Source: Antedon mediterranea
Lineage: Eukaryota > Animalia > Echinodermata
Reading direction: 5' to 3'
Assembly: GCF_964355755.1 (NCBI RefSeq)
Contig: NC_092679.1
Location: 17,963,432-18,027,431 of the forward strand
DNA length: 64,000 nt
The position numbers and the translations under genes are program-made. Every line of letters starts with the position of its first letter. Positions within the stretch are counted from its first letter, which is position 1. The notes under the pieces were generated by a model, which had not been told where the DNA came from, searched no databases, and saw only the letters and a program-made list of their open reading frames with translations. Shown piece after piece: positions 41,835 through 54,877 of this stretch.

Positions 41835-42419
41835 AATATACCGTAGTATGAATTTCATAATTTGCCTAATTTTCTTTTGAAGGTTTTGATTACTAAACAA
41901 ATGTCGTGGCACGTTGAACCATCTGTACCCTACACATTCTCCACTTTATTGATTCCGTCACATCCTGGTCTAAACTGAAATCGACAGGAAACTACATTGA
42001 ACGAGATCTCATTCTCAGGGTCAACGTTTCATCACGATCTGCTTTTAGTAGACCCCTTTATTTAATTCTGGTAAAATGTTGTAAATATATTTTTAAAAAG
42101 TAAATAGATAAATTTGTTATATTCTTTTTTTTTCTTTATTTTTCTTGAACATTTGTTTTGATATACAGTATATAAAAAACATATGAGTACAAAGTATTCT
42201 TTAAGAAGAATTTCTATTAGTAAAGTAAAAAGAACATTATTATTAATATGGGCTGTAGATGAGTACTTGTCTCACTAGGACCCCGGACAAAACCCCAAAA
42301 CAATCATTGAATCAATTAAAAATAATTACTGTACTTAAAAGCAGTGTTAATATGTTGGATACAGTACAGTATCTAAGTATGGATAATAAGGCCATATCCA
42401 ATACGAGCATACACATACC

Positions 42420-42668
42420 TTTTTTTGACAACTAAAAATAATGTTAGCCTACATACTGTAAAATGAAATTATTATTTATTAAGTTTAAATATTAAAATCT
42501 ACCAACACTAAAAATTTACTTTTTAATTTATATAAAAACCTTTTGTTGGCAACTAAAAATGTTAGCATAAATACTGTAAAATGAATTTTTTTTTTTTTGC
42601 AAATGTGACAAAGTGTAAATATTAAAATCTACCAACACTAAAAATTAACTTTTAAATTTATATAAAAA
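42420..42668. repeat. Tandem duplication of ~125 bp
   Basis: CAACTAAAAAT..GTTAGC..ATACTGTAAAATGAA..AAATATTAAAATCTACCAACACTAAAAATT present twice. Confidence 0.8.
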
Positions 42669-45643
42669 AACAGGATACTTTAATCAAATTGAACTTCCTG
42701 CATGAAAAACAAATGTTTTTCTCTCAGATATACTTTAAATAGCAAAACAATCTCCTGTCATTATTGCCCAACCACTTTCAATATTCTCTTTGTTCTTTTA
42801 TTGGAATTTAATTTTTTAAACCATGCAATCAATATTAATCTTCAATTACCACTTTTCATAATGTATACACTTTGTTCAAACAAAGTTTGTTTTTTTTTAA
42901 AGTACAGTAAAACAGTTTTTTAATATTCCCTAAATTAAATTTTTAAATCTAAAATTTTTTTAAATACATTTCTACAGTACATTTAAAATCATACTGTTCA
43001 TATGATTGATCAAACCACAGAGGTAATTCCTAAATGATTAAACCTATACAAAGTTATTGTATCATATTTTTATGCCAGTTTTCATTAATTATTTGAATCA
43101 TTTAATATTGTCATTTTTAATTTTTAAACACAAGTTTTTATCTATAGGTAAAAGCACAAAACAAAGGATTTTTTTTATTCCGTTTCAATATGAAAACATA
43201 TTTTGAAAGCAGATTTTCATTAAATCTGAAATTTATTCAAATTCATCTTTCATACAACATACGTAAACACAATACAAAATGTGTCAATTTAACTTTCAAA
43301 TAATTTGATAAAGTAAAGTTTTTACAAGTTCAAATATTGCAAAAATGAAAGTATTAAAATTATCAAAAACAAACACATTGCTACATACAATAAGAATCTT
43401 GACAAAGTAAATAAATTGCAATATCTAAAAAATGAAAAAAAAAAATGTATAGATTTTGTCTAGAGGGGTCAAAATGGGGTCAAAGAGTGGTCAAAAGGGG
43501 TAAAATTGGCTAGTGACAACATTGTCTAGTAGTAGAATCCGTTTGGGAAAGGCGTCAGAGAATTGATTAATTTTTAAAAAGACAATTAAAAGTAGCTAAA
43601 CAAGCACAATCTGCGCAAACCCAACCTATTTAACAACCCTGTCGCAGTACTGTACTGTAAATGTTCTTCTTTTTATGTTTTATTAAAGACAAACTCTACA
43701 GCTCAGTTTATAAATAATGTTAAATTTGTCACTTTCAAAGTAACTTTATGTTTAAAACCATGTTTGGTGGTAATGTTATTCACAGGTTTTTTTAGGAAAT
43801 AATATTTAGACTGGCTTTATTATTGATTGAGTGAGACTGGGTCAAACTGGGTAATGATGAGGATTTGTATTAGTATTTAACCTTTCATCTTTCAAACTCT
43901 CTCTAGTCTACAACCTTAATATATTTTACTCAACAGATAAGTAACATGGAAGAACTGTCAATTGGCTTTAAATGCCCATGGACATACCGGTACAGTAGCT
44001 GTGCTGGATTTTTTTTCCACCAAGTTCAAAGTTTATTTCTAGGCCTTTGGTCCAGTCATTTATTTTAACTTTATACAGTAGGCCATAGTATATCACCTAT
44101 AAAGTCTCATTTCACACTAATGTAAAGCTGCTTATTTTCAAAATATGCCTCAAACAGTTGGATATATGGAAGTTGTATTATTGGGTCTCAGACATATTTA
44201 ATCATTAAATATAATGATTTATTTAATTTATTTTTTTATTATATACTATACTAGTATTATTTTACCAAATTATTTAAATCTCAGATAATTTTTTTTTTTT
44301 TTTATTTGAAACAAATTACATTGTGTTGGGATAAATGAAATACAATTTTAATTAAGGGAAGTGCTCATTTAAATATTTTTTTTAAAAAAACAAGATATTT
44401 GAAATTGTTGTGATGCATTTACAGTATTTACATTTTTTTGTCTGTAGAAAGACATTGGTCCCTACAGTGGTTATTTTAAAGGACTGGTTCCTTGTTACAT
44501 ATTGTACTGCCTAAACCATAGTAGCTTTGTTGTTATTAAAATACAGTATATTTACAATGATATTTATTCTTACTAAATGTACTCTGTAATGGAAATAAAG
44601 GTGAGTGTATCTCACAAGACAAAAAAAAACTGTCTAATCAGGGAGGTACAAAAATATACCTCCCTGGTGTAACAAAATTCAATAAAAAAATGTTTTTAAT
44701 ACCTATGAATCTTTTGAATGAATAAAGCATACTTACAATTAAAATTCAAAAGGTAGATGTGTCTACTAATCCAGGGACAATTAAAGAATACTAAAAATAA
44801 GTCAATGTCTGATCAGTCTCTACGTGGTTTAATGTGTAAAGATGAAAAAAGTTTACAGTATATTTAATATTTGAGGTATAGCTATTACAGGAAATGCCAA
44901 GGATGTAACTGACGTAAATTGGTTTAAGGTGTAAAGATGAAAATACAATAAGGTCTATAAGTATTAATACTAAGTAGATATAGCCTTAACCTGTCAATGT
45001 CTTTATAGCTAAACAGGAACTACCATACAGGATTTAAACAATGTGCCTTTAAGGTTTGAACAACAAAGAATACTTGACTTTAAAGATATCTATCTAGCCA
45101 ATCAAACCACAACAGTTGTTCTATTCAGTTGGTTTATTGATCATTCTTTAATTTTGTCTTATTAAAGTTAAGGAGCTCTCTGTTTAAGGATTTTTAAAAG
45201 TGTGGTATACACGATAATTAAGTTTAAACATTACATCATAGTTTTATTCAACTGTTGTACATTTCAAAATGATTGTGGAAATGTAACAACCACATTATCA
45301 AATGTGAAGATGACGGTCTGTGTATTTATAATTAATTATGTCACTATTATTATCAATTTTTTTTGCACAAAAACAAATATTACAAAATGGTGGCCCAATG
45401 GTCCAAAATGAATGTAACATAACAACCTATGTAACAATATAAATATCTCAATACTATACGTTGAATATAATAATTGATATTTTGGCTTAATAAGTGAAAG
45501 ATGGCTACATAAATTGTATTGTATTAATGTCTTGACTTGACTGTGGAAAGGATTTAACTTTGCTCTACCTCATCATAGTTCACCCCCCCCCCCCCCAACA
45601 CCAAACAACAACACCCAACAAATACCCACCACCATTAACATTG

Positions 45644-45802
45644 TAAAGCTCTGTCTACACTAACAAACAAAATAGTTTTGATGCGCCTAAATATGGTGAT
45701 ATATGGCCAAATATGGTAGTGATATGACATCATCATGTCCATATATTTAGGCACATCACATTGTTTTGTCACATCATGTTTGATATAGCAAACAGAGCTT
45801 TA
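45644..45802. mobile_element. AGCTCTGTCTACAC-TIR MITE copy
   Basis: TAAAGCTCTGTCTACAC...CAGAGCTTTA with the family core. Confidence 0.85.
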
Positions 45803-46447
45803 CGACAGAAACTAAGTGGCCTGGTTGGCAAACCAATGATGCGCAGTATCAAGTTCATAGCATAGGCGGTTACAAAAATGAGTTCCTTTTTCAGAAATAG
45901 ACAATTAGTAACAAAGAATGTCCAAAATTGGCAGGAAATTTATAATTAATGTTTCCTTTCATACTCATTGTGAGGGAATAATGCTATAATACTGCATCCC
46001 TTATTCCAGACAGTTTTATATTGTACTGGTAGTCATTGTTTAAATACTGTTGAATATTTTTCAAAGAATGGCAAAAATATGTAAACAATGGCCAATATAA
46101 TATCTCAGCTACATCTTGCTTTACTTGGTGAGAGCTACCATCAACATTTTAATTGATTTATTTTTCAAACAAATGTGAACAAAATGGATAAAAATTGTAA
46201 ATATAGTTTAATTTAATAATCAGACTAATCTCAATATATTGCAAATGCTTGAAACTGCCATTAACTGTTGAATAAATGTTTACAAAAGAGGAGTATGATA
46301 GGCCTACCAGGTGTTCAACAAATTCAGGAAATGTGTTTATACCATAGTATTGTCTGTCTCAGTTAGAGGAGGCATGGAGTGGGCTACTTATTATTTTCTG
46401 AATACTGATGTTATAAATAACTAAGCTACAGCAAACATGTTTAATTA

Positions 46448-47120
46448 CCGTACTGACGCGGGTATAAGCCCACCCCCCTCGAACATGAAATCACGTCAAG
46501 TTTGGGGGGTGGGCTTATACCCGAGGATCCAAAAATGCAGATCGTCAAAAACAGCACATGTACTGTACACTGTGTATTCCACCATGCAAGCGAGCGCCCT
46601 CACGTGTACGACGTTGCCTCTAAATACACGAGGTGTAGAGTGTCGGAAAATTAAGTTTATAGTTCGTGTAATTTATCGTAGAATATCTTATTTTAAAAAT
46701 CAATTTAACAAGAATTTATCAAGCAGAAAAGCAAGTATACAATGTTCGTTAAATAGAAATGTACCAAAGAAATTTAATAAGCTTGTTTATGGCAGCCGAT
46801 ACCAAATAGTGGTTTTCCGTTTTGGCGACTTGTAGCGTCGTGTGTGAAGCGATCTTCGACCGCGATGGAGTGTAAACAAAACAGGACCGCTAGGCCTCAT
46901 TATGGCCTAGCGTATATTAGCCTAGCTTGGTTATGATCAAAGGTAGGTGTATTCGGTGTATGGACGTCGCCAAATACAAAATAATGTATTACGACACACA
47001 CTGTAGATCTTCGAATTAATCGGTGGGCTTATACCCGAGTGCCTCATTTTTCATGAAAATTAGTCAAAAGTCGGGGGTGGGCTTATACCCGAGTATGGGC
47101 TTATACCCGCGTCAGTACGG
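46448..47120. mobile_element. Non-autonomous pogo/Tigger-like (Tc1/mariner) transposon
   Basis: Perfect 25-bp TIR CCGTACTGACGCGGGTATAAGCCCA, TA TSD, GGTGGGCTTATACCCGAG subterminal repeats. Confidence 0.92.
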
Positions 47121-47519
47121 TACAATCAAAATGCTGAAATATAAAGCATATAATAAGTAAGCACTTGATAATTAATAAGTAACTTTATGCAATCAGTGTA
47201 TCGTCTGAAAAACAGCTGGTGGTGGAAAGTCAACAACCTTTAATTTCAGAGGTTCAAAATTCTTTTAAAAGTGTTGACAGAGAATCATCTTCCTTTCTAT
47301 TGTGTCTACAAAATCGATTCGACAACATCGACGAGGTCAAGTCACAGAAAATGTTGAACTTTAAATATATTTATTAAGAACTCAATTAAATTTAGGCCCA
47401 GTTTTAAGCCCTAATCTCAAGGACAACCAGCAGCTCAGCATATTATACCTCGACACTCTGTATCAATCAAAGCCAATGTGATCGATTCCTACCTTTTAAA
47501 ACGTGAGAATAGGCTCTGG

Positions 47520-48101
47520 TCCCGGCCCAGGTACTTACTTAAGTAGGCGAGAGCCTAGCTAGGGCCTAGCTAGGCTAAATAAAAAACAACCTGTTGATGT
47601 ATGTTGAAAACTGTAGAGTTATTATACTTACGTCTCCTAAACATCTTGGCGGTTTCTGTCCACACAACTATTGCAAGTATATTATGTTCCCATTGTATAT
47701 TTAGATAGACAAATAATAATCTTTCTTGTTGTTGATGTTTTGTATTCCGACCTGCCAAGTGATGAACTGAAGGAAATTTGTTTTCCCCTCGCTTTGCCAT
47801 GTGTTGTCTGCTCTCGTTGTTAGTTCGTTGATTGTTGAAGGAAATTGGTATTATAGAGGGCGGACTGTACTTTTTATATTATTTCATTGTGACAAGGGGG
47901 ATGCTGGCATATCTAAAGTTATCTTTGTCTAATAAAAAAATAAAACACAAATGGTAATTTAAAATTTGCATTTTATTGAGCCAAGTTGAATGACAGAAAA
48001 CAACAGAAGTAATGCATACGCGGTTTACTAGGCTGCTACATCAGGATCACTTAGTTCACGAGTTCCATTTGCGCATGGGATTATTCCATTATTTCAACAA
48101 A
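47520..48101. promoter_or_regulatory. Probable bidirectional promoter (GH1 gene to the right, unidentified spliced transcript to the left)
   Basis: Plus-strand donor CAAA|GTAAGT at 48102 pairs with the acceptor at 48902. Minus-strand GCCAAG-ATG TTT AGG AGA C|GTAAGT at 47644-47632. TAGAGGGCG motif at 47854; GCCTAG cluster at 47550-47578. Confidence 0.5.
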
Positions 48102-48534
48102 GTAAGTTACATTTTTGTGTGTAGATAAATAGAATGTTCAAATATTTATATACTACGGAGATTGCTTTTGTTATCACATAGTATTAATATCCAGAGATGA
48201 TAACATTATATGATACAAAATGAATACCACCCACATCATTTTGTGGGAAACACTTTTTATCTCTTAATATACCTACACTGACTATGTAATTCGTTAGCTT
48301 CTTCAACCTAGTTTTGTCGTCGGTAAACATCACGCATTAACACACATCATTTAAAATGCGTGTACAGACATTGATGAAAATGGAACGGCTTTTAATAAGC
48401 TTATATTATATGTCACCTAAACTTGTTAAGATTTTAAAGATGCCAACTAGTTTGATCAACCACATGCCGACTGTAAACGCATGAAGAGAGGCGAATAACA
48501 TGTCAAGTGGGGAGGGGAAATCGGCCTGACTATC

Positions 48535-48680
48535 CATACACAACGCAAGGACGTAACGCAACGTAAGCGATTTGACCAATCATAAGCAAAGGGTTATTCG
48601 AACAGTGGCTTTTCATTGGTCAACTCGCTTGCCTTGCGTGTACGTCTTTGCGTTGCGTCTCTAGTGGGAACTACGTTTTT
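48535..48680. mobile_element. MITE family with GACCAATCA...TGATTGGTC core (second copy 16135-16290)
   Basis: Shared ACGCAAG..TTGACCAATCA...ATTGGTCAA..GCGTT..AGTGGGAA layout in both copies. Confidence 0.6.
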
Positions 48681-48918
48681 GTAAGAAGTGGTATAAATGG
48701 TGCCAGTGAAATCAGCTTATCAGTTAAATTGTGTGTAAACACTGCCTTAACAGATATGACGTATCGTTATCTCTTGATTATGACCTGTGGTATGCAAGGA
48801 AACACTAACGGAACAAGTTCGGCACACCTACAAAACCACTGTTTTCTTTCCATATGGACGGATATATAGCAGTAAGCCTATATTAGTAGATTCCATTTCA
48901 AGGTTTACCTGTTTAAAA

Positions 48919-50911
48919 ATGGATGGTGGGCCGAAATGGATTACTATTTTCTTGTTATTGTTGAACATTTTTTTATACGGAGAAGGAGTATTTGTGTACC
49001 CAGAGGTGTTTAACGACACGGAGCGGGATTCTTTCGTGGTAGGAGAGTTTCCTAAGAGTTTCATGTGGGGCGTAGCCTCGTCTGCATATCAGGTTGAAGG
49101 GGCGTGGAACGAAGGCGGGAAAGGAGAGAGCATCTGGGACACTTTTACACACAAATGGATGCAGGAAAATAGTGACGTTGGCTGTAACGCGTACCACAAT
49201 ATTGACAGAGATATACGACTAATAAAGAAGATGGGATTGACTCACTATAAATTTTCGATGTCCTGGAGTCGTTTGATACCCAGTGGTAAAATCGTGGATA
49301 GTATAAACATACCAGGTGTCAATTATTATAATTATTTGATAGACGGTTTAATAGAGGCGAATATTACTCCTATTGTTACATTGTACCATTGGGACCTACC
49401 ACAGGCACTTGAGGATGATGGAGGTTGGCTAAATAACCAAACGATATCTGATTTCTTGGACTTTGCTGTTGTTTGTTTTCAAAATTACGCCGACCGAGTT
49501 CCGTACTGGATTACTTTCGACAACCCATATAAGTTCTGCGTTCATGGATACGGTAATGGCAGCCTAGCTCCTGGTACTGGTGATCCAGGAACCGGGCCGT
49601 ATGTATGCGCGAATAATGTAATACGGGCTCATGCCTTAGTTTATCGCATGTATTATAATAACAATTTTCGCACCAGTGTGAACGGAAGTATAGGAATCAG
49701 TCTAGATTGCGATTGGTACGAACCCAGAGATTCGCTGAATAGCTTTGACCTCGCGGCAGCCGAGAAGGCGCGTAAATTTCGCACCGGTTGGTTTGCGCAT
49801 CCGATATTTATGGATGGAGATTATCCAAGGACTATGAAGATAAACATTAAGGAGCGGAGTCTCCAGCAAGGATATAACATCTCAAGGCTTCCAGAGTTTA
49901 CGGAAGATCAAAAGGAAACGATTGCCAAAACGAGCGATTTCCTTGGCATGAGTCATTACACAACGAAACTTGTTTCGTCGCCGACATCTTCAGGTGATGT
50001 CACAGTACCTTCATGGGCGACTGATGTTAACTTTCAGGAGTCAGTGAATGCTTCCTGGCCGACATCTGCACACCCATCTGACAGAGTTGTGCCATGGGGG
50101 ATTCGTAAAGCTTTGACATGGATTAAGAGCGAATACAATGATCCAACCGTTCTGATTACGGGCAATGGAATTGCCACGTCTGGTCAGGCCGAGGATGCTG
50201 ATCGAGTGAAATATATCAAGGCTTATACAAACGAAATTTTGAAAGGTAATGTTAATTTCTAACACTTTGAACTAGGACTAAACGAGTAGTGTAGCCTATA
50301 TTAGATGATCCAAATTTTTGTTCTTTTTTCACAATCTACCGATTTATCACCAGATTCTGTGTATTGTATCTCTCCACATACGGTATGTCATTCTGTCTAA
50401 ATCTGTAGTGTACCACATCCGTGTAAAGTATTGTTGAATACATTCGCCAAATAGTGTATACATTGTGTAGTATCATTATCACATTCGTTTCTCCTCGTTT
50501 TCCACCGCTCTGACCATGTTTCATGTATTTTATTTATTTTAATACGTTCTCCATACTTTACTTCCATGATGATACTTAGTGTAGAAGAATGCACAGTTTG
50601 CATCAAAATATGTAAAAACCTATTTTCAATTTACAGCAATAAATGAAGATGGGGTAAACGTCATTGGTTATACAACAACCTTAATGGACAGCTTTGAATG
50701 GGACTTGGGATTCAGCTTGAAATACGGTTTACATAGTGTTGATTTTAACGACATCCATCGGCGACGAACTCCTCGACTGTCTTCGACATATTACGCTCAA
50801 CTTGCCGAAGAAAACGGCTTCACGACGAACAAGGCACCGTCACAAGCGATTAGTGAAACATTAATATTAGGCCTATTTGTAATTATTAGTTATTTATGCA
50901 TAAATCTATGA
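48919..50911 (+). CDS. Glycoside hydrolase family 1 (lactase-phlorizin hydrolase/Klotho/LCTL-like) single-domain protein, predicted secreted and membrane-anchored, catalytically inactive, 533 aa
   Basis: Coding exons 48919-50245 (donor AAAG|GTAAT) and 50637-50911 (acceptor TTTACAG|). GH1 motifs FMWGVASSAYQVEG, YKFSMSWSRL, TLYHWDLPQ, MDSFEW. N-terminal hydrophobic signal WITIFLLLLNIFLYGEG; C-terminal hydrophobic ILGLFVIISYLCINL. NEP->DNP and ENG->GNG. Probable 5' UTR intron 48102-48902; AATAAA at 51123. Confidence 0.93.
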
Positions 50912-51162
50912 TTCATGACTAGTTAGAAATTCAAAGAAAATGATTAAAAGTATTTAAAGTTTCCAGTGCACACGTCAGTTAAAACAAAGTTGCCGCGTGC
51001 GTACAAAAACCGTCACCTGCAAACATCGTTCGACGGCATGCGTCTGTCATAGATGACGTATAATGTAAAGTTTCAAGTCAATTATAAGCCTAATCGTACT
51101 ATTCAAACCGTGCCCTGGTATGAATAAAATTCGACATTTTGTATGTAAAAAACATCTTATTA

Positions 51163-52437
51163 TGGGTGTTCATCCCTTACACGTCACGGGTGCTTATCCC
51201 TTACACGTCACGGGTGCTTATTCCTTACGCGTCACGGGTGCTTATCCATTACACGTCACGGGTGCATATCCTTTCCGATCCCCGTCATGGGTGTTTATCC
51301 CTTCCACGTCACGGGTGCCTTACACGTCACGGATGCTTAATTATCTCTTACACGTCATGAATGCTTATCCCTTACACGTCACGGGTAATCTCTTACACGT
51401 TACGGGTGCTATCCGGCCCTTACCCGTCACAGGGCCGTAGCCAGGATCTGTCAAGGGGGGGTTCGGACACTAAAGCATGCTATATAACCAATGAGCAAAA
51501 AGATCGTACTTTTTTCCTCCTCCTCAAACACGTCGATAATTTAAATGACGATAACTATTTGTTGCCGTATGTTAGATGCGCGTGCTCTGTGCGGAACCGC
51601 CGATTGTTTGATCATTTACTTCGTATTTTGTTTTGCGTTCAAGTTCAATGCGAACGTATATCTACAGCCCCGAAAAAAGCACACTGGGTGAAGGCAAATG
51701 CTATTTGCTAGCTCTATCTATAATATTTATTTACAGCAATTTGTTGAGGAATAAAAATATGTAAATAGGTGATATTGATACATTTTAGTACGTATCGGCG
51801 TGGTCTAGAAAAAAATAATCGGATGCCATAATGTGAACTACAGTACTTGATACCATAGATATTATAGTGTAAAATATTAATATTCACTATAATCCTCTAT
51901 GATACATTATACTTCATAGTCACACATAAATACTGATGTACGTCGGAAGGCTATATACTTTATGCATGCTGCCTGACTGCCAGTGATCTAAACAATTATA
52001 GGTACGCAGTTGTCTGGCGGTGTCCTTTGTACGAATCGTTCGTGCGCCAGCTCGCTATGAGACGCGTCAATATCATGTTACATGCAGGGACCAAACATTT
52101 ATTTTTCAGGTTAAAATCGGCAATTCATTTGCAGCTTTTAGAAATTTACAGACACGTATCACTAGTTGACGCTCATACAGAGAAGAAGGTTCACGAACAA
52201 GTTTACGAATTTTTCAATTTACAAACAACTTTCTGTACTGTGGGGCACGTATTTGGAGGATTTTTGGAGATGAGGGTGAGGTATTGGGCATGTTGGGGAT
52301 GGGGGTTCGCAGTTGGTTAAGGGGGGTTCGCTATAAAGGGGGGTTCGCCCGAACCATAAACCCCCCCTCCCCCCTGGCTACGGGCCTGCGTCACGGGCGT
52401 TTATCCATTACACGTTCACGGACGTTTATCCGTCATG
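51163..52437. repeat. 24-bp minisatellite (TTATCCCTTACACGTCACGGGTGC) split by a 959-bp transposon
   Basis: About 11 units at 51163-51429 and about 2 more at 52389-52437. Confidence 0.9.
51430..52388. mobile_element. hAT-like non-autonomous transposon with 5-bp TSD
   Basis: TIR CAGGGCCGTAGCCAGG / CCTGGCTACGGGCCTG; CGTCA duplicated at 51425-29 and 52389-93. Confidence 0.9.
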
Positions 52438-54223
52438 ATTCCATTAATGTATTAACAGCGACTGTACATAGGAATGTTTCTAGTGTTTACCATGGTTGGT
52501 TCTACCATGTATTAATATTTTTCAGTATAAAAGCCCCTATATTGTTATCATGTTTTTTAAACACAGTCATGTTGCACCTATTCAAATATCAGACTGATTT
52601 AAATATCAGACTATTTTTAAAACACGATAATACGCGAAATATTTACCTGCACAAATATATTTTGAATGATTTATAAATCGCTAACTTGGGAGTTAATAGC
52701 ACAAATATTCTATTATAGAGTTGTACCGAATGTTGAAAATGCAAATGGCTATCAATCAAAGACTAATTTTCTTTTCACATTATTGTCAGTATTAGATTGC
52801 AGGGTTTTTCAGCTGCAATCTTTTCCTTTCAAATTTATATTATATATAGCATATATGTTCTGTATATTGGCGAAATAAATGATATGATATGATATATAAT
52901 AGCCATTGTATTCGATAGAATATTGATAGATTCTGCACCATTAATATATATGTATATATATATCCATTGTATTTGGTAAAATATTAATTTTACTAAAGAT
53001 GAATCACATGGCTGAACACTACCGAGGCAATCTAACAATATGATGCTGAGCTCCGGAAATCAAAGGGTTTATATGTGGCTGCGACATGATCAGTTTCACA
53101 CATACATAGTACAGTACTGTTTGGAATGGTATTTGTCGCAGCCAGACATATATAGTATAAAGCTTTGTACAGCATTTTTTTGTTATATTCTCGTTTTTTC
53201 ATGTTTTGTATTTTATCTGATATTTGTGTTGAATATGCAATTTTAAAGTCGCACAATAGTTTTTCACTCACCAAAAATTGGATCGGAAAAACAATTATTT
53301 ACCTAAAAAACTGAAATTTAAAACAAAAAATAGTCTTTCAGACCATGGGTTTTTGGTTAGCTTTAACTGTTTGTTTTGTCTTTTTTATAAGTGAAATCCT
53401 AATTTTTTTCCAATGGAAGTGAATAACTTAATTAAAACTGCAAAATGGCCTATTGAAAGTCTGATTTTATACATCTTACGGGGACAATAGAGCTTTAACC
53501 AAGATTTCTATTTATTTTATTTTTGATGTAATAAAGACAAATGCAATAGGCCCTATGTATTGTTTCATTTTTTATTGTAAGATAGAGCCCTAAAAATAAA
53601 TACAAAATATAAATACAGTACAATTAATGGTAGGCAGACCTGAATTAATTTTAACATTTTATATAAAATGGAAGTGCATATGATCTTTGGTAGATTGTCA
53701 ACATAAAATATTAAAATATATTTGAATCTTAATATTTATTAACACGTTTGGGTTAAGTATGTATCGATATCTCTGTAAGTAACCGGCCTAAATACACCTT
53801 ATTTACGAGCAGCTCTTATCTTTTTTTGTTGTTTTTAGTTTCATGGTTGCATTTCTCATGGTTTTCACAAGTGCCTTGAGCACTTTGTGGATATGTGCGC
53901 TCTATAAATCTTATTATTATTATCTTATCATTTACGGTAGTCAAATATGTAAACTAATATGTTAGGAGATAACATGTAATATAGGTATTATTTTTATTTG
54001 ATGCTAATACTTGGGAAAAGTTTGGACAGGACTTTTAGGCCTACTAACTCAATACTGTATATATATAAACAAAATAAATAAATGGTTGTGTGTAGTTTAC
54101 ACAATTGAGAAAATAAATAAAGTAGTAGTTCAATTGAATTGAAAATAGTGTTTATATTCCAAGTAATAAAAATAAAAACCGCAACCTTATTTAAGAATCT
54201 TAATACAGTACAGTACAAAAGAA

Positions 54224-54361
54224 CTGTCTACTCTATCAAACTAATTTGACAAAGAAAGTGTGATGTGCCCAAATATGGTAGTGATATGACATCATCGTGT
54301 CCATATATCAGCACATCACATTTTTCTGTCACATAAAGTTTGATAGTGTAGATAGTGCTTA
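54224..54361. mobile_element. AGCTCTGTCTACAC-TIR MITE copy abutting the conserved 3' UTR of SELENOW copy A
   Basis: Family TIRs and core. Homology between the two SELENOW 3' UTRs stops at 54366. Confidence 0.85.
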
Positions 54362-54401
54362 AGGCATGAAGCTAATGGCGATGACCTAATTCAACCAAAC
54401 T

Positions 54402-54470
54402 GACTCGTCTCATCAGGATGTGACCTAGTCTTGTGAACTTTTGAATCACGTCTATCATACAGAGAAAGTC
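54402..54470 (-). promoter_or_regulatory. Type II SECIS element of SELENOW copy A, in non-coding exon 6 (starts 54497; 3' UTR intron 54847-54498)
   Basis: GACUUUCUC-UGU-AUGAU-AGACGUGAUUC-AAA-AGUU-CACAA-GACU-AGGUCACAUCC-UGAU-GAGACGAGUC: AUGA/GA quartet, 11-nt helix II arm, AAA bulge, apical mini-helix. Confidence 0.93.
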
Positions 54471-54877
54471 CGATTGCATTCCATCTTGGCTGTTTAACTG
54501 AAAATAAACAAAATATATACTGTAATGCAACGTTCATAAAAACTTTTTGAAGGATTTTCAAAATTTGAATACACAATTTTATATTTTACATTTGTTTTGT
54601 TTATATATGTAGGCAAATTTCCAAAGATAACCATAAGCAAATTCCTTCACTATCCTTCTTAAAGGTAAAGGTAATCCTTTTCACAAGAGAAACATATACA
54701 AAAGATGATCTACATATGTCTTATTACAAGTCTCAATAGAAAAAATCCGGACACATGAGGACTTAAACCCCGGACCCTTGGATTGGTAGCCAAGTATCAC
54801 AACTCCATTCCTCTACTCAACTATTATCAATGTAAATATTAACAAACCTTCATGTTTCTGATACAGACATTGAGGGC

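Noticed and set aside
42419-42431. 13-nt micro-exon-like AG|TTGTCAAAAAAAG|GTATGT on the minus strand
   Set aside because: It lies in a local tandem duplication and no reading frame requires it.
48787-48918. N-terminal 44 codons of the 491-aa ORF
   Set aside because: They lie upstream of an acceptor at 48902, and the signal peptide starts at ATG 48919.
51854-51901. 48-bp CATAGA...TCTATG hairpin as another P-type footprint
   Set aside because: No matching 7-bp TSD and different terminal sequence; left unassigned.
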